A DNA stretch of 46,266 nucleotides from an uncultured Candidatus Moduliflexus sp. (GCA_964498135.1 CAZCGG010000008.1:1-46266), one strand, 5' to 3'. Positions 16,571 to 26,799 are shown, numbered from the stretch's first letter. Made by a program: numbers and translations. The notes: generated by a model from the letters alone, not told the origin.

Positions 16571-17350
16571 ATGCCAAAAGGAAACCATGCAATGCAATCA
16601 GACATCGCCACATTAACGCAAGTATGCGTCCAATACGGCGAAACTGTCGTGCTGGAAAATATCTCGTTTATCATCAAACCGCTCGATTTTATCAGCTTGA
16701 TTGGCCCGAACGGCGGCGGCAAAACGACGCTGCTGAAAGTGCTGCTCGGCCTAATCACGCCGACGAGCGGGACGGTCGAAATCCTCGGCGCGTCGCCGAA
16801 ATCGGCGCGGCAGCAGATCGGCTACGTGCCGCAGCAGGTCAACATTGACAAGCAATTTCCAATCAACGTCTGGGACGTGACGCTGATGGGGCGGATCGGC
16901 AAAAAGCTTTTGTTTCGCCACTATTCCGCCGAAGACCGGGAACACGCGGCGGACGCCTTGAACAAGGTCAAGCTGTACGATCTGCGCCACCGGCAGATCG
17001 GCAAGCTTTCCGGCGGGCAGCAGCAGCGCGTCCTGATCGCCCGCGCCCTTGTCGGCAATCCGACGCTGCTGCTCTTAGACGAGCCGACCGCCAGCGTGGA
17101 CAGCGAGATTAAGCGCGATATTTACGACCTGTTAGTCGAATTGAACAACAGCATCACCATCGTCATGGTGTCGCACGACATCGGCGTCGTGTCGAGTTAT
17201 ACCAAAACGATTGCCTGCTTGAACCGGACGTTGGCGTATCATAACGAAAAAGACATCACGCCGAAGATGCTTGCGGATGCGTATCAATGCCCGGTGGATT
17301 TGATTGCGCACGGCGTCCCGCATCGCGTCCTCCCGCCGCATCAGCATTGA
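16571..17350 (+). CDS. znuC: Zinc/metal ABC transporter ATP-binding protein
   Basis: Walker A GPNGGGKTT, signature LSGGQQQR, Walker B LLLLDEP. The alternative start at 16592 cannot be excluded. Confidence 0.85.
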   Translation: MPKGNHAMQSDIATLTQVCVQYGETVVLENISFIIKPLDFISLIGPNGGGKTTLLKVLLGLITPTSGTVEILGASPKSARQQIGYVPQQVNIDKQFPINVWDVTLMGRIGKKLLFRHYSAEDREHAADALNKVKLYDLRHRQIGKLSGGQQQRVLIARALVGNPTLLLLDEPTASVDSEIKRDIYDLLVELNNSITIVMVSHDIGVVSSYTKTIACLNRTLAYHNEKDITPKMLADAYQCPVDLIAHGVPHRVLPPHQH

Positions 17351-17404
17351 TTTTTGCTAAGAAAACACTGATACCGCTTTGTGTCAATAAGTGGGTGAAA
17401 TAAT

Positions 17405-18205
17405 ATGTTTGAAGCCTTGCAATTTGAATTTATGCGGAACGCTGTGTTCGCCGGTCTCTTGGTGAGCGTGGCCTGCGGAATTATCGGCTCGTATGTCGTC
17501 GTCAATCGTACCGTGTTTATTAGCGGCGGCATCGCTCACGCGGCGTATGGCGGCATCGGCCTTGGCTATTTTTTAGGCGTTGACCCGATGCTCATCGCCA
17601 TTCCGTTCAGTCTGTTCGCCGCGTTCGTGATGGGCGTGATTCAACGCCGCACCCGCCACAACGCCGACACGCTGATCGGCGTCTTGTGGGCAATCGGCAT
17701 GGCGATTGGGATTATTTTCATTGACCTGACGCCCGGCTATGCGGCGGATTTGATGAGCTATTTGTTCGGCAGCATTCTCGCCGTGCCGACTTCCAGCCTG
17801 ATTGCCATGCTCGTCATGAACATCGTGATTATCGTGACGATTGCGCTGTTTTATCAGGAATTTCTCGCCATCTCGTTCGATGAGGAATACAGCGAAGTCG
17901 CGTCGCTGCCGGTTGAGCGGCTCTATCTGCTGCAATTGGGGCTGACCGCCCTGACCGTCGTGCTGATTATGCGCGTCGTCGGCCTCATCATGGTCATCGC
18001 GCTCCTGACGATTCCGCCCGCCATCAGCCGCCGCTTCACGCACAAACTGCATCACATGATGATCGCATCGTCCATCTTGGGCATGGTGTTTACGCTCGTC
18101 GGCCTCTATCTGTCCTACGTCTTCAACCTGACTTCCGGCGCAACGATTATTTTAGTGGCCGGAGTCGGCTTTCTGCTCTCGATGATTCCGTCCGCCGTAA
18201 AATAA
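17405..18205 (+). CDS. znuB: Zinc/metal ABC transporter permease
   Basis: ABC-3 family polytopic membrane protein, 266 aa, immediately after znuC. Confidence 0.85.
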   Translation: MFEALQFEFMRNAVFAGLLVSVACGIIGSYVVVNRTVFISGGIAHAAYGGIGLGYFLGVDPMLIAIPFSLFAAFVMGVIQRRTRHNADTLIGVLWAIGMAIGIIFIDLTPGYAADLMSYLFGSILAVPTSSLIAMLVMNIVIIVTIALFYQEFLAISFDEEYSEVASLPVERLYLLQLGLTALTVVLIMRVVGLIMVIALLTIPPAISRRFTHKLHHMMIASSILGMVFTLVGLYLSYVFNLTSGATIILVAGVGFLLSMIPSAVK

Positions 18206-18220
18206 AATCCTCGCCCCGCA

Positions 18221-18251
18221 GTTGTCGGGCATCTTGAAGATGCCTGACAAC
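18221..18251 (+). terminator. Hairpin terminator after znuB
   Basis: 13-bp stem GTTGTCGGGCATC / GATGCCTGACAAC (one G-U pair), loop ttgaa. A T-rich tract follows further downstream. Confidence 0.5.
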
Positions 18252-18279
18252 GTTTCCTCATTATTTTTCAGCGAATCTC

Positions 18280-18307
18280 TTGACAAATTTTTGAAATGGC
18301 TTAAATT
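18280..18307 (+). promoter_or_regulatory. Candidate promoter for the ABC-2 exporter operon
   Basis: TTGACA (18280-18285), 16-nt spacer, TAAATT (18302-18307), within an AT-rich leader. Confidence 0.35.
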
Positions 18308-18441
18308 TTAACCAAATAGTTAGTTAAACTTACCGGTTATTTTATCTAAATAGTTATGTATTGTGATCAAGGAAAGCTGTCAGACACCTTCAAGGTGTCT
18401 AACAGCGATGACGCGACTTTCGAAGTCTGGGAGCGGAAACG

Positions 18442-19356
18442 ATGTTTGCGGTTGAAGTCAAGCAATTGCGCCGAACCTTCGGCGAATTCGTCGCGGTGGA
18501 CAATCTCAGCCTAAATGTGGCGAAAGGGACGATTTTCGGCTTTCTTGGGCCGAACGGATCCGGCAAATCCACGACGATCCGCATGCTGTGCGGCTTGCTC
18601 ATGCCAACGAGCGGCAGCGGCACGGTCGGCGGATTCGACATTCTCACGCAGCCGGAAGCGATCAAGCAGCGCATCGGCTACATGTCGCAAAAATTCTCGC
18701 TGTACAATGAATTGACGGTCGAGGAAAATATCAATTTTTTTGCCGGAATTTACGGCGTGCCGAAAAAAAAGCGGCGCGCGCGCAAAGAGTGGACGCTGGA
18801 AATGGCCGAATTGCAAGACCGGCGCACTTCCATCACCGCGACGCTGGCGGGCGGAGTGAAGCAGCGGCTCGCGCTCGGCTGCGCCATTCTGCATGAGCCG
18901 CCGATGATTTTTTTGGATGAGCCAACGTCCGGCGTTGACCCGATTTCGCGCCGCAATTTCTGGAATTTGATTTATGCGATGTCGCGCAGCGGCACGACGA
19001 TTTTCGTCACGACGCATTACATGGACGAAGCCGACTATTGCGACCGGCTCGGCCTGATTTATCGCGGCAAGCTGATTGCCGAAGGCACGCCGAACGACCT
19101 GAAACATACGCACATGCCGCACAACATCCTCGAAATCGAGGCGCAACCGTTAGTCGCGGCGATGACGCTGCTGGATCGGCGCGGCGTCGAGGCCGCGATT
19201 TTCGGCAGCGCGCTTCATGCGACGGTGGACGATGCGGCGCGGCGCATCCCGGAAATCCGCGCAATGCTCGCCAGCGAAGGCGTCACGGTCACGCGCCTCG
19301 AACAAATCGTGCCGTCGCTGGAAGATGTTTTCGTCACGATGATTGAGGTCGCGTAA
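18442..19356 (+). CDS. ABC-2 type exporter ATP-binding protein (YbhF/DrrA-like)
   Basis: Walker A GPNGSGKST, signature LAGGVKQRL, Walker B IFLDEPTSGVD. Confidence 0.9.
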   Translation: MFAVEVKQLRRTFGEFVAVDNLSLNVAKGTIFGFLGPNGSGKSTTIRMLCGLLMPTSGSGTVGGFDILTQPEAIKQRIGYMSQKFSLYNELTVEENINFFAGIYGVPKKKRRARKEWTLEMAELQDRRTSITATLAGGVKQRLALGCAILHEPPMIFLDEPTSGVDPISRRNFWNLIYAMSRSGTTIFVTTHYMDEADYCDRLGLIYRGKLIAEGTPNDLKHTHMPHNILEIEAQPLVAAMTLLDRRGVEAAIFGSALHATVDDAARRIPEIRAMLASEGVTVTRLEQIVPSLEDVFVTMIEVA

Positions 19357-19405
19357 ACATTGCGCGACGCCCCTGTTTCGGGGCGTTGCTGACATGCTGG
19401 TTTTT

Positions 19406-19464
19406 CCGTTCGCCCTGAGCCTGTCGAAGGGCATTGATGGGTTCGACAAGCTCACCGCGAACGG
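19406..19464. repeat. Core-only copy of the CCGTTCGCCCTGAGC.TGTCGAAGGG hairpin repeat
   Basis: CCGTTCGCCCTGAGCCTGTCGAAGGGC, then 8 nt, then GTTCGACAAGCTCACCGCGAACGG. It shares its core with the MITE-like elements but lacks their termini. Confidence 0.7.
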
Positions 19465-19486
19465 AGATTGAATGCTTCGCTGAATT

Positions 19487-20599
19487 ATGAATCTGATACG
19501 CATCAAGGCGATTTGCAAAAAGGAATTTATTCAAATCCGGCGCGACGCGGTGAGCCTCGCCATCGTGATTTTGATGCCGGTCGTACAATTGATTATTTAC
19601 GGCTACGCGCTGACGTTCGACGTGAACAACCTGACGACGGTGGTGCATGATCAGGACAAAAGCCGCCTGAGCCGCGAGCTTGTGGCGGAATTCGAGCGTT
19701 CCGGCTATTTCACGGTGACGGCGTATGTCGAAAGCGGCGACGCGCTCGACTATGCCATTGATTCCGGCCAAGCGCGAATCGGCGTCACGATTCCCGCGAA
19801 TTTTGCGCGCGACATCGAACGCCGCCGCGCCGCGCAAGTCGGCATCGTCATTGACGGCAGCAACTCGAACACCGCCTCAATTGCGTCCGGCTACATTTCC
19901 GCGATCAGCCAATTATTCCCGCAGCGGCTCGCCGGAATGCGGCTGACGCCGTTAATTGACGCGCGCCCGCGTGTCTGGTACAACACGGACTTGCGCTCGA
20001 AAAACTTCCTGATTCCCGGTCTGATTGCGATTATCATGGCGACCGTTCTCGCGCTGCTTACGTCCATGACCATCGCGCGGGAATGGGAGCGCGGCACGAT
20101 GGAACAGTTGATTTCCACGCCGGTCAAGCCGGTTGAGGTCATTATCGGCAAAATTATCCCGTATTTCATCATCGGTCTGTTCGATATGATTTTGTCCGTC
20201 GCGATGGGCTTGTTCCTGTTCGACGTGCCGATGAAAGGGAGTTTCGGCCTGCTGTTCGGCCTGTCGTGCATCTTTCTGTTTGGCGGCGTCTGTCAGGGCA
20301 TTGTGATTTCCATCAACGCGAAAGGCTCGCAGGCGACGGCCAGCCAGATTTCCCTGCTGATTACGTTTTTGCCGTCCATGCTGCTGTCCGGTTTCATCTT
20401 TGCGATTGCCAACATGCCGCGCCCGTTGCAGATTGCGACGTACATTCTTCCGGCGCGGTACGTGGTTTCGATTTTGAAAGGCATTTTCATGAAAGGCAGC
20501 ACGCTCGGCCTGCTGTGGCATGAAACCGCGCTGTTAAGCGTGTTCGGCGTCGTCATGTTTCTGATGGCTGTCCGGCGATTTCAACGGCGCGTGGAGTAA
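19487..20599 (+). CDS. ABC-2 family permease (YbhS/YbhR-like)
   Basis: N-terminal TM, a large extracytoplasmic loop, then 5 C-terminal TMs. Paralogous to the next gene. Confidence 0.85.
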   Translation: MNLIRIKAICKKEFIQIRRDAVSLAIVILMPVVQLIIYGYALTFDVNNLTTVVHDQDKSRLSRELVAEFERSGYFTVTAYVESGDALDYAIDSGQARIGVTIPANFARDIERRRAAQVGIVIDGSNSNTASIASGYISAISQLFPQRLAGMRLTPLIDARPRVWYNTDLRSKNFLIPGLIAIIMATVLALLTSMTIAREWERGTMEQLISTPVKPVEVIIGKIIPYFIIGLFDMILSVAMGLFLFDVPMKGSFGLLFGLSCIFLFGGVCQGIVISINAKGSQATASQISLLITFLPSMLLSGFIFAIANMPRPLQIATYILPARYVVSILKGIFMKGSTLGLLWHETALLSVFGVVMFLMAVRRFQRRVE

Positions 20600-20605
20600 A
20601 CCTTT

Positions 20606-20690
20606 AACGCAAGCGCCGCAGGGGACGCAAAAGGCGCAAACGTTTCGGGTTGCGAATAGCGTCTTTCGCGCCCCTTGCGGCGTTTGCGTT
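20606..20690. repeat. Palindromic intergenic repeat, AACGCAA...TTGCGTT family
   Basis: AACGCAAGCGCCGCAGGGGACGCAAAAGGCGCAAACG ... GCGTCTTTCGCGCCCCTTGCGGCGTTTGCGTT. Related copies occur at 33771 and 35776. Confidence 0.65.
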
Positions 20691-20697
20691 TCAAAAT

Positions 20698-21810
20698 ATG
20701 TTCGAACGCATCAAACAAATTTTATTGAAAGAATTTATTTTGTCGTTCCGCGATCCGAAAAACCGCTTTCTGCTCTTCGGTCCGCCGTTGATTCAACTAT
20801 TTTTATTCGGCTACGTGGCGACCACCGATGTCAATTCGGTCACGACCGCGCTTTACGATCTCGACCATTCACAGGAAAGCCGCGAACTCGTCCGGCGGCT
20901 CGAAGCGTCGGGCTATTTCACGCTGACTTACGCGCCCGAATCTCCGGCGGAAATTCAGGAATTGATGGACAAAGGCCGCGTGATGTGCGTATTGCAAATC
21001 AACGAGGGCTTCAGCCGCGATCTGCGCGCCAACACGCCGACCGCGATTCAACTCCTGTTCGACGGCACGGACTCGAACACGGCGACGATTGCGATGAATT
21101 ACGCCACGCAGATTGTCAACCGTTACGCGCAGGATCTTGCGCCGCGCGCCGCCGCGCTGTCGCTGGCGAACATCGAATTTCGCCCGCGCATCTGGTACAA
21201 CCCTGAATTGAAAAGCCGGAATTACTACGTGCCGGGCGTGATTGCGTTCATCATCCTGCTGACCTGCCTGATGCTGACTTCGATTGCGATTGTGCGCGAG
21301 CGCGAAACCGGCACGATGGAGCAATTGATGGTGACGCCGCTGCGCCCGTTGGAACTGATTCTCGGCAAAACGCTGCCGTTCGGCTTGATGTCGTTCGCGC
21401 AGATGGCGTTCATTACGACGGTCGGCGCGCTCTGGTTCAAGATTCCGATTCGCGGCTCGCTCTGGCTGCTGTTTCTTGGCGCGTTGGTCTATGTCTGGTC
21501 AACGCTCGGCATCGGCCTGTTCATCTCGACCATCACGAAAAATCATCAGCAGGCGGTCATGGTGACGATGCTCTTCAACATGCCCGCGCTCATGCTGTCT
21601 GGCTTTATTTTCCCGATTGAAAACATGCCGCTCGCGTTCCAATATTTCACATACATCAACCCGCTGCGCTATTTTCTGGTGATTATTCGCGGCATTTTCC
21701 TGAAAGGGAACGGCTTCGCCATTCTCTGGCCGCAGATTGCCGCGTTGGCCGCGCTCGGCCTGATTATTATGACCATCAGCGCGCTGCGTTTCAGCAAGCG
21801 GCTGAATTAG
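20698..21810 (+). CDS. ABC-2 family permease (second subunit)
   Basis: Colinear with the 19487 gene (MFERIKQILLKEF vs LIRIKAICKKEF). The start was moved to ATG 20698 because the listed 5' extension is translated from the palindromic repeat. Confidence 0.85.
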   Translation: MFERIKQILLKEFILSFRDPKNRFLLFGPPLIQLFLFGYVATTDVNSVTTALYDLDHSQESRELVRRLEASGYFTLTYAPESPAEIQELMDKGRVMCVLQINEGFSRDLRANTPTAIQLLFDGTDSNTATIAMNYATQIVNRYAQDLAPRAAALSLANIEFRPRIWYNPELKSRNYYVPGVIAFIILLTCLMLTSIAIVRERETGTMEQLMVTPLRPLELILGKTLPFGLMSFAQMAFITTVGALWFKIPIRGSLWLLFLGALVYVWSTLGIGLFISTITKNHQQAVMVTMLFNMPALMLSGFIFPIENMPLAFQYFTYINPLRYFLVIIRGIFLKGNGFAILWPQIAALAALGLIIMTISALRFSKRLN

Positions 21811-21956
21811 ACCTTTTGCAGAAGTCGTTTATCTGCGACTTCCGTTCGCCCTGAGCATGTCGAAGGGCGCGATGTGGGCGTGGTGCGAATTGCGTTCTTC
21901 GAAAAAACACCCTTCGACATGCTCAGGGCGAACGGGGGGATTTTGCAAGAGGTCTA
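21808..21956. mobile_element. MITE-like non-autonomous element, copy A (149 bp)
   Basis: TA-GACCTTTTGCAGAAG ... TTTTGCAAGAGGTC-TA termini enclose the long hairpin core CCGTTCGCCCTGAGCATGTCGAAGGG / CCCTTCGACATGCTCAGGGCGAACGG. Its first three bases are the permease stop codon. Confidence 0.7.
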
Positions 21957-22107
21957 TTGAAAGAATGCGCGCGGCCGCGTTTCTTATTGACAAAAACGCC
22001 CGCCTGCGGATGCGTTGAAATGATTGGGAACGTCTGTTTCAAAGAATCGCCGTGTCTTCAAGGCGCGGCGATTCTCAACGTTTTGAGATTTTGGAGAATA
22101 AAAAATT

Positions 22108-23355
22108 ATGTGGAAAGCCTATCCAAGACATAGCGTCAATCTTTCGGCTGGCTGCTATACGGCGTTATTAGGAACCGTCCTGCGAGGAGAAGTGCTGCAA
22201 GGAACGGAAGTGGAACGCTTCGAAGCCGCGTTTGCCAAATATATCGGCGTGCCGCGCGCCATCGGCGTCTCGTCGGGGCGGGCGGCGTTATATCTCGCGC
22301 TCAAGGCGCTGGGCTTGAAAGCAGGGGATGAAGTCCTCATGCCCGCCTACACCTTTCACATCGTGCCGCTCGTCATTCACGCCTGCGGCCTGAAGCCGGT
22401 CTTCGTGGACGTTGACCCGGACACCTACAACCTCAATATCGCGCTCATCGAAAAATTTTTGACGCCGAACACGAAGGCGATTTTGGCGACGCATATTTAC
22501 GGCCAGCCGTGCGACATGGAACCGATTTTGCAAATCGCCCGCGCCCGCAAGCTGATTGTGCTGGAAGATTGCGCACATTCCTGCGGCGCGGAATATCAGG
22601 GGCAGAAAGTCGGCTCGTTCGGCGATCTCGGCCTGTTCACCTTTGCGATGGCAAAAAATATGCCCTGCTTCGGCGGCGGCATGATTACGCTGAAAGACGA
22701 GACGGTCTATCGCCGCCTGATGGCGCAAATCAAGCTGCCGGACGCGAACCGGCGCAAAGGGCTGTGGAAAGAAGTCCTCAGCACGACGATCAACTTTACC
22801 ATGACGCTGCCGCCGCTCTTTTCGTTCGTCACGTTTCCGCTGATGCTGGCGGCCAAAGCCCTGAAACCGCAGGCGTTCGAGAGCGAATCGGGGCAGGAAA
22901 CCGTGTCGAGCGCGCAAGCGCAATCCACGTTCCCGACGCGCCTGACGAATCTGCAAGCGGCCGTCGGGCTGCATCAATTGACGCGGCTGGACGCGATTAA
23001 CGCGGCCGTCAGCCGCAATGCGCGGCGCTATAATCAAGAATTAGGCGGGCTGCCGGGCGTCAAAGTTCCCGCCGTGTCCGCCGGACGGACGCACACATTT
23101 TTGTATTACCGGCTGGAAGTGGACGCGCTCGACCGCCTAAAATCGGCGGTATTCCCGCACGGCGTGGACACGCGGCCGGATGACATGTCCGATTGCACGA
23201 CGCTCGCGCCGTTCCGAGATCAGGCCGTCAATGTGCCGGTCGCGCAGAAATTACCGGCGCGCATCCTCGAAATTCCGAATAATCCGCGCATGACGGAAGA
23301 CGATGTGCGCCGTGTCGCCCAGCGCATCCGGCAAGCCGCGCAAAGCTTGGCGTGA
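22108..23355 (+). CDS. DegT/DnrJ/EryC1/StrS-family PLP-dependent sugar aminotransferase
   Basis: PAYTFHIVP, FVDVDPDTYN and LEDCAHSCGA, plus the PLP-lysine context FTFAMAKNMPCFGGG. Contains a hydrophobic insertion (TLPPLFSFVTFPLMLAA). Confidence 0.85.
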   Translation: MWKAYPRHSVNLSAGCYTALLGTVLRGEVLQGTEVERFEAAFAKYIGVPRAIGVSSGRAALYLALKALGLKAGDEVLMPAYTFHIVPLVIHACGLKPVFVDVDPDTYNLNIALIEKFLTPNTKAILATHIYGQPCDMEPILQIARARKLIVLEDCAHSCGAEYQGQKVGSFGDLGLFTFAMAKNMPCFGGGMITLKDETVYRRLMAQIKLPDANRRKGLWKEVLSTTINFTMTLPPLFSFVTFPLMLAAKALKPQAFESESGQETVSSAQAQSTFPTRLTNLQAAVGLHQLTRLDAINAAVSRNARRYNQELGGLPGVKVPAVSAGRTHTFLYYRLEVDALDRLKSAVFPHGVDTRPDDMSDCTTLAPFRDQAVNVPVAQKLPARILEIPNNPRMTEDDVRRVAQRIRQAAQSLA

Positions 23356-23367
23356 GCGTCCAAAATA

Positions 23368-23401
23368 AAAACTCCGTTTCTTTGGGAAACGGAGTTTTTT
23401 T
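23368..23401 (+). terminator. Rho-independent terminator after the aminotransferase gene
   Basis: 12-bp stem AAAACTCCGTTT / AAACGGAGTTTT running into a T7 tail. Confidence 0.75.
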
Positions 23402-23410
23402 AGGCATGCG

Positions 23411-23585
23411 ACAGTTTTTTAACCCCGAAGGGGTGGAATGATTATAGCAAAAGACATCACATCCAGCCCATCGAACGCCGAAGGCGTGACACGAAAATAT
23501 GCCACGCCTTCGGCGTTCATTCTTTATATCGGCGTCTCTTTTCTATAAATATCTCACCCCTTCGGGGTTAAAAACGGCCGACTGT
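23411..23585. repeat. Nested-palindrome intergenic element (single copy in this window)
   Basis: Outer arms ACAGTTTTTTAACCCCGAAGGGGTG / CACCCCTTCGGGGTTAAAAA..ACTGT. Inner arms GAACGCCGAAGGCGTG / CACGCCTTCGGCGTTC. Each arm itself contains a small GC palindrome. Confidence 0.6.
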
Positions 23586-23595
23586 GTCACGTCAT

Positions 23596-26500
23596 TTACC
23601 GAATATCGGCGTGATACGCTTGCAGGCTCTTCACCTGCCCATGCCCTTCCCGATACGCGGCGATCCCTTTCGCGGAGGCCACCGCCGCCGCATTTGTCGT
23701 GATATACGGCACTTTATGTTTAATCGCGGCTTTCCGAATAAACGAATCGTCCGCCGCGCTCAGCTTTCCGGCGGGCGTATTGAACACAAGCTGAATTTCG
23801 CGGTTGCGGATCGCGTCTTCGATATTCGGGCGGCCTTCGTGCCGCTTGAGAATCAGCGTCGCCGTGACGCCGTGTTCAGCGAGATACTCCAGTGTGCCTT
23901 CCGTCGCTAAAATTTTGAAGCCGAGTGACGCAAACAGCCGCGCCGCCTCGATAGTGCTGTGATTGCGATCCCGTTCGCTGACGGAAATCAGCACGGCGCC
24001 GCCGGACGGCAGCGTTTGCTTCGCGGCGTCTTGCGCCTTGTAGAAGGCCAAGCCGGGACGATCCGCGAGGCCAAGCACTTCGCCGGTTGACCGCATTTCC
24101 GGCCCCAACACCGGATCAACTTCCGGCATCATGTTAAACGGGAACACCGCCTCTTTGACGCCAAAATGCGGAATCGTTTTCCGCGTCAAGTTCAGGTCTT
24201 GCAGCGTTTTGCCAAGCATGATCTGCGTCGCTAACCGCGCCATCGGAATATTGCAGACTTTGCTGACTAACGGCACGGTGCGGCTGGCGCGGGGGTTCGC
24301 CTCCAACACATATACCACGTCGTTCGCAATCGCGTATTGCACGTTAATCAAGCCCACGACCTGAAACGCAATCGCAATCCGGCGCGTAAAATCTTCGATG
24401 GTGGCGATGTGGCGCGGCGGAATGTTGACCGGCGGCAGAATGCAGGCCGAATCGCCCGAATGGACGCCCGCGAGTTCGATATGCTCCATGACCGCTGGAA
24501 CAAAGGCGTTCGTGCCGTCCGCAATCGCGTCGGCTTCGGCTTCAATGGCGTCTTGCAAATATCGCTCAATCAAAATCGGGCGTTCCGGCGAAAATTCGAC
24601 GGCGACGCTGACATATTCTCGCAGCATTTCCTCGTCATAGACGATTTCCATCGCCCGCCCGCCGAGGACGTAAGACGGCCGCACGATGAGCGGATAGCCG
24701 ATCTGCTGCGCCACCGCAAACGCCTCGTCCACCGTGCCAGCCATGCCCGATTCCGGCTGCGGAATCCCCATGTCGCGCATCATTTGGCGGAACAGGTCGC
24801 GGTCTTCGGCCAAATCAATCTTTTCGGGGCTGGTGCCGAGAATTTTGACGCCTGCGGCCGCTAATTCGGCGGCGATGTTGAGCGGCGTCTGCCCTCCGAA
24901 CTGGACAATCACGCCTTCGGGCTGCTCGTGCTGATAAATCGCCAGCACGTCCTCCACCGTGATCGGCTCGAAATACAGGCGATTCGAGGTGTCGTAATCA
25001 GTCGAAACCGTCTCAGGGTTGCAGTTGACCATGATGGACTCCATGCCCAAATCGCGCAGCGCGAACGCCGCATGCACGCAGCAGTAATCGAACTCGATGC
25101 CCTGCCCGATGCGGTTAGGGCCGCCGCCCAAGACCATCACTTTGCGGCCGCGACTGACCGGCAGCGCGGCGGCGCTGTTGTACGTGGAATAGTAATAGGC
25201 CGCGTTTTCGACGCCACTGACCGGCACGGCTTCCCACGCCTCCACGACGCCGAGCGCAGTCCGCTTTTCCCGAATCTCGCGCTCCGGCACGGCCAAAATT
25301 TTCGCCAGATATTTATCCGCAAACCCGTCCTTCTTCGCCGCAATCAGCAGGTCATCCGGCGGCAGCGTCCCGCGATAATTCAGCAGCGCGTTCTCGCGTT
25401 CCACAAGCTCTTTCATCTGCTGAATGAACCACGCCTTGATGTGCGTCCGCGCGTGTAGCGTCTGAATGTCCGCGCCTTTGCGCAGAGCCTCATACATGAT
25501 GAATTGCCGCTCGCTCGACGGCTCGGCCAACATCGCCATCAATTCGTCTAACGATTTCTGCTGAAAATTTTTGGCAAACCCCAAGCCGTACCGCCCGTTT
25601 TCTAACGAACGAATCGCCTTCAAAAACGCCTCTTTGTAGGTTTTGCCGATGCTCATCACCTCGCCGACCGCCCGCATCTGCGTGCCGAGTTTATCCTCGA
25701 CGCCGCGAAATTTTTCGAACGCCCACCGCGCAAATTTCACGACCACGTAGTCGCCGGACGGCGTGTATTTTTCCAGCGTACCGTCGCGCCAGTAGGGGAT
25801 TTCGTCCATCGTCAGGCCGCCCGCTAACATTGACGACACCATCGCAATCGGAAAGCCGGTCGCTTTCGAGGCCAGCGCGGACGAGCGCGAGGTGCGCGGA
25901 TTGATTTCAATCACGACGACGCGCCCGGTTTTGGGGTCATGCGCGAACTGCACATTCGTGCCGCCGATGACTTCAATCGCTTCGACAATTTTGTAGGAAT
26001 ATTCTTGCAATTTGCGCTGTAATTCGGGCGCAATCGTCAACATCGGCGCGGTGCAATACGAGTCGCCGGTATGGACGCCCATCGCGTCCACGTTTTCGAT
26101 GAAGCAGACCGTGATTTTATGATTTTTGGCGTCGCGCACGACCTCCAATTCCAACTCTTCCCAGCCGCGCACGGATTCTTCAATCAGCACTTGGCCGACG
26201 AGACTCGCCGAGAGGCCGCGATTGACAATTACCCGCAATTCGTCGAGATTATAGGCAAACCCGCCGCCCGTGCCGCCCATCGTATAGGCCGGACGAATCA
26301 CGACCGGAAAGCCGATCTGTTCGACGATTTTTTCCGCTTCTTCAAGGCTGTACGCAATCTGACTTTGCGGCATGTCAATGCCCAAGCGCGTCATCGTGTC
26401 TTTAAACGCCTGCCGGTCTTCGCCGCGTTTAATCGCGTCAATGTTGACGCCAATGACCTTGACGCCATATCGCTCAAGGACGCCTGCTTCCGCAAGCGCA

Positions 26501-26799
26501 GACGATAGATTCAAGCCCGTCTGCCCGCCGAGATTCGGCAGCAGCGCGTCCGGGCGTTCTTTCTTGATAATCTCGGTCAGGGCTTCGACGGTGAGCGGCT
26601 CGATGTACGTGGCGTCCGCCATCCCTGGATCAGTCATGATGGTGGCCGGATTGGAGTTGACTAAGACAATTTTGTAGCCTAATTTTCGCAACGCTTTGCA
26701 GGCTTGCGTTCCCGAATAATCGAACTCGCACGCCTGACCGATAATAATCGGGCCGGAGCCGATGATTAAGACTTTCCGCATTCCTTGAATTCTTGGCAT
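23596..26799 (-). CDS. carB: Carbamoyl-phosphate synthase large subunit
   Basis: The canonical N-terminus KVLIIGSGPIIIGQACEFDYSGTQA is duplicated internally (KVMVLGGGPNRIGQGIEFDYCCVHA), and the MGS-like C-terminus is present. The start was set at MPRIQG (ATG 26799, SD GGAGGA), giving about 1067 aa. No carA is adjacent. Confidence 0.95.
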   Translation of the reverse strand: MPRIQGMRKVLIIGSGPIIIGQACEFDYSGTQACKALRKLGYKIVLVNSNPATIMTDPGMADATYIEPLTVEALTEIIKKERPDALLPNLGGQTGLNLSSALAEAGVLERYGVKVIGVNIDAIKRGEDRQAFKDTMTRLGIDMPQSQIAYSLEEAEKIVEQIGFPVVIRPAYTMGGTGGGFAYNLDELRVIVNRGLSASLVGQVLIEESVRGWEELELEVVRDAKNHKITVCFIENVDAMGVHTGDSYCTAPMLTIAPELQRKLQEYSYKIVEAIEVIGGTNVQFAHDPKTGRVVVIEINPRTSRSSALASKATGFPIAMVSSMLAGGLTMDEIPYWRDGTLEKYTPSGDYVVVKFARWAFEKFRGVEDKLGTQMRAVGEVMSIGKTYKEAFLKAIRSLENGRYGLGFAKNFQQKSLDELMAMLAEPSSERQFIMYEALRKGADIQTLHARTHIKAWFIQQMKELVERENALLNYRGTLPPDDLLIAAKKDGFADKYLAKILAVPEREIREKRTALGVVEAWEAVPVSGVENAAYYYSTYNSAAALPVSRGRKVMVLGGGPNRIGQGIEFDYCCVHAAFALRDLGMESIMVNCNPETVSTDYDTSNRLYFEPITVEDVLAIYQHEQPEGVIVQFGGQTPLNIAAELAAAGVKILGTSPEKIDLAEDRDLFRQMMRDMGIPQPESGMAGTVDEAFAVAQQIGYPLIVRPSYVLGGRAMEIVYDEEMLREYVSVAVEFSPERPILIERYLQDAIEAEADAIADGTNAFVPAVMEHIELAGVHSGDSACILPPVNIPPRHIATIEDFTRRIAIAFQVVGLINVQYAIANDVVYVLEANPRASRTVPLVSKVCNIPMARLATQIMLGKTLQDLNLTRKTIPHFGVKEAVFPFNMMPEVDPVLGPEMRSTGEVLGLADRPGLAFYKAQDAAKQTLPSGGAVLISVSERDRNHSTIEAARLFASLGFKILATEGTLEYLAEHGVTATLILKRHEGRPNIEDAIRNREIQLVFNTPAGKLSAADDSFIRKAAIKHKVPYITTNAAAVASAKGIAAYREGHGQVKSLQAYHADIR

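Noticed and set aside
18721-18771. T7 and A8 homopolymer tracts inside the ABC ATPase gene as phase-variation switches
   Set aside because: The reading frame is intact through both, and the protein aligns colinearly with ABC ATPases. There is nothing to suggest switching.
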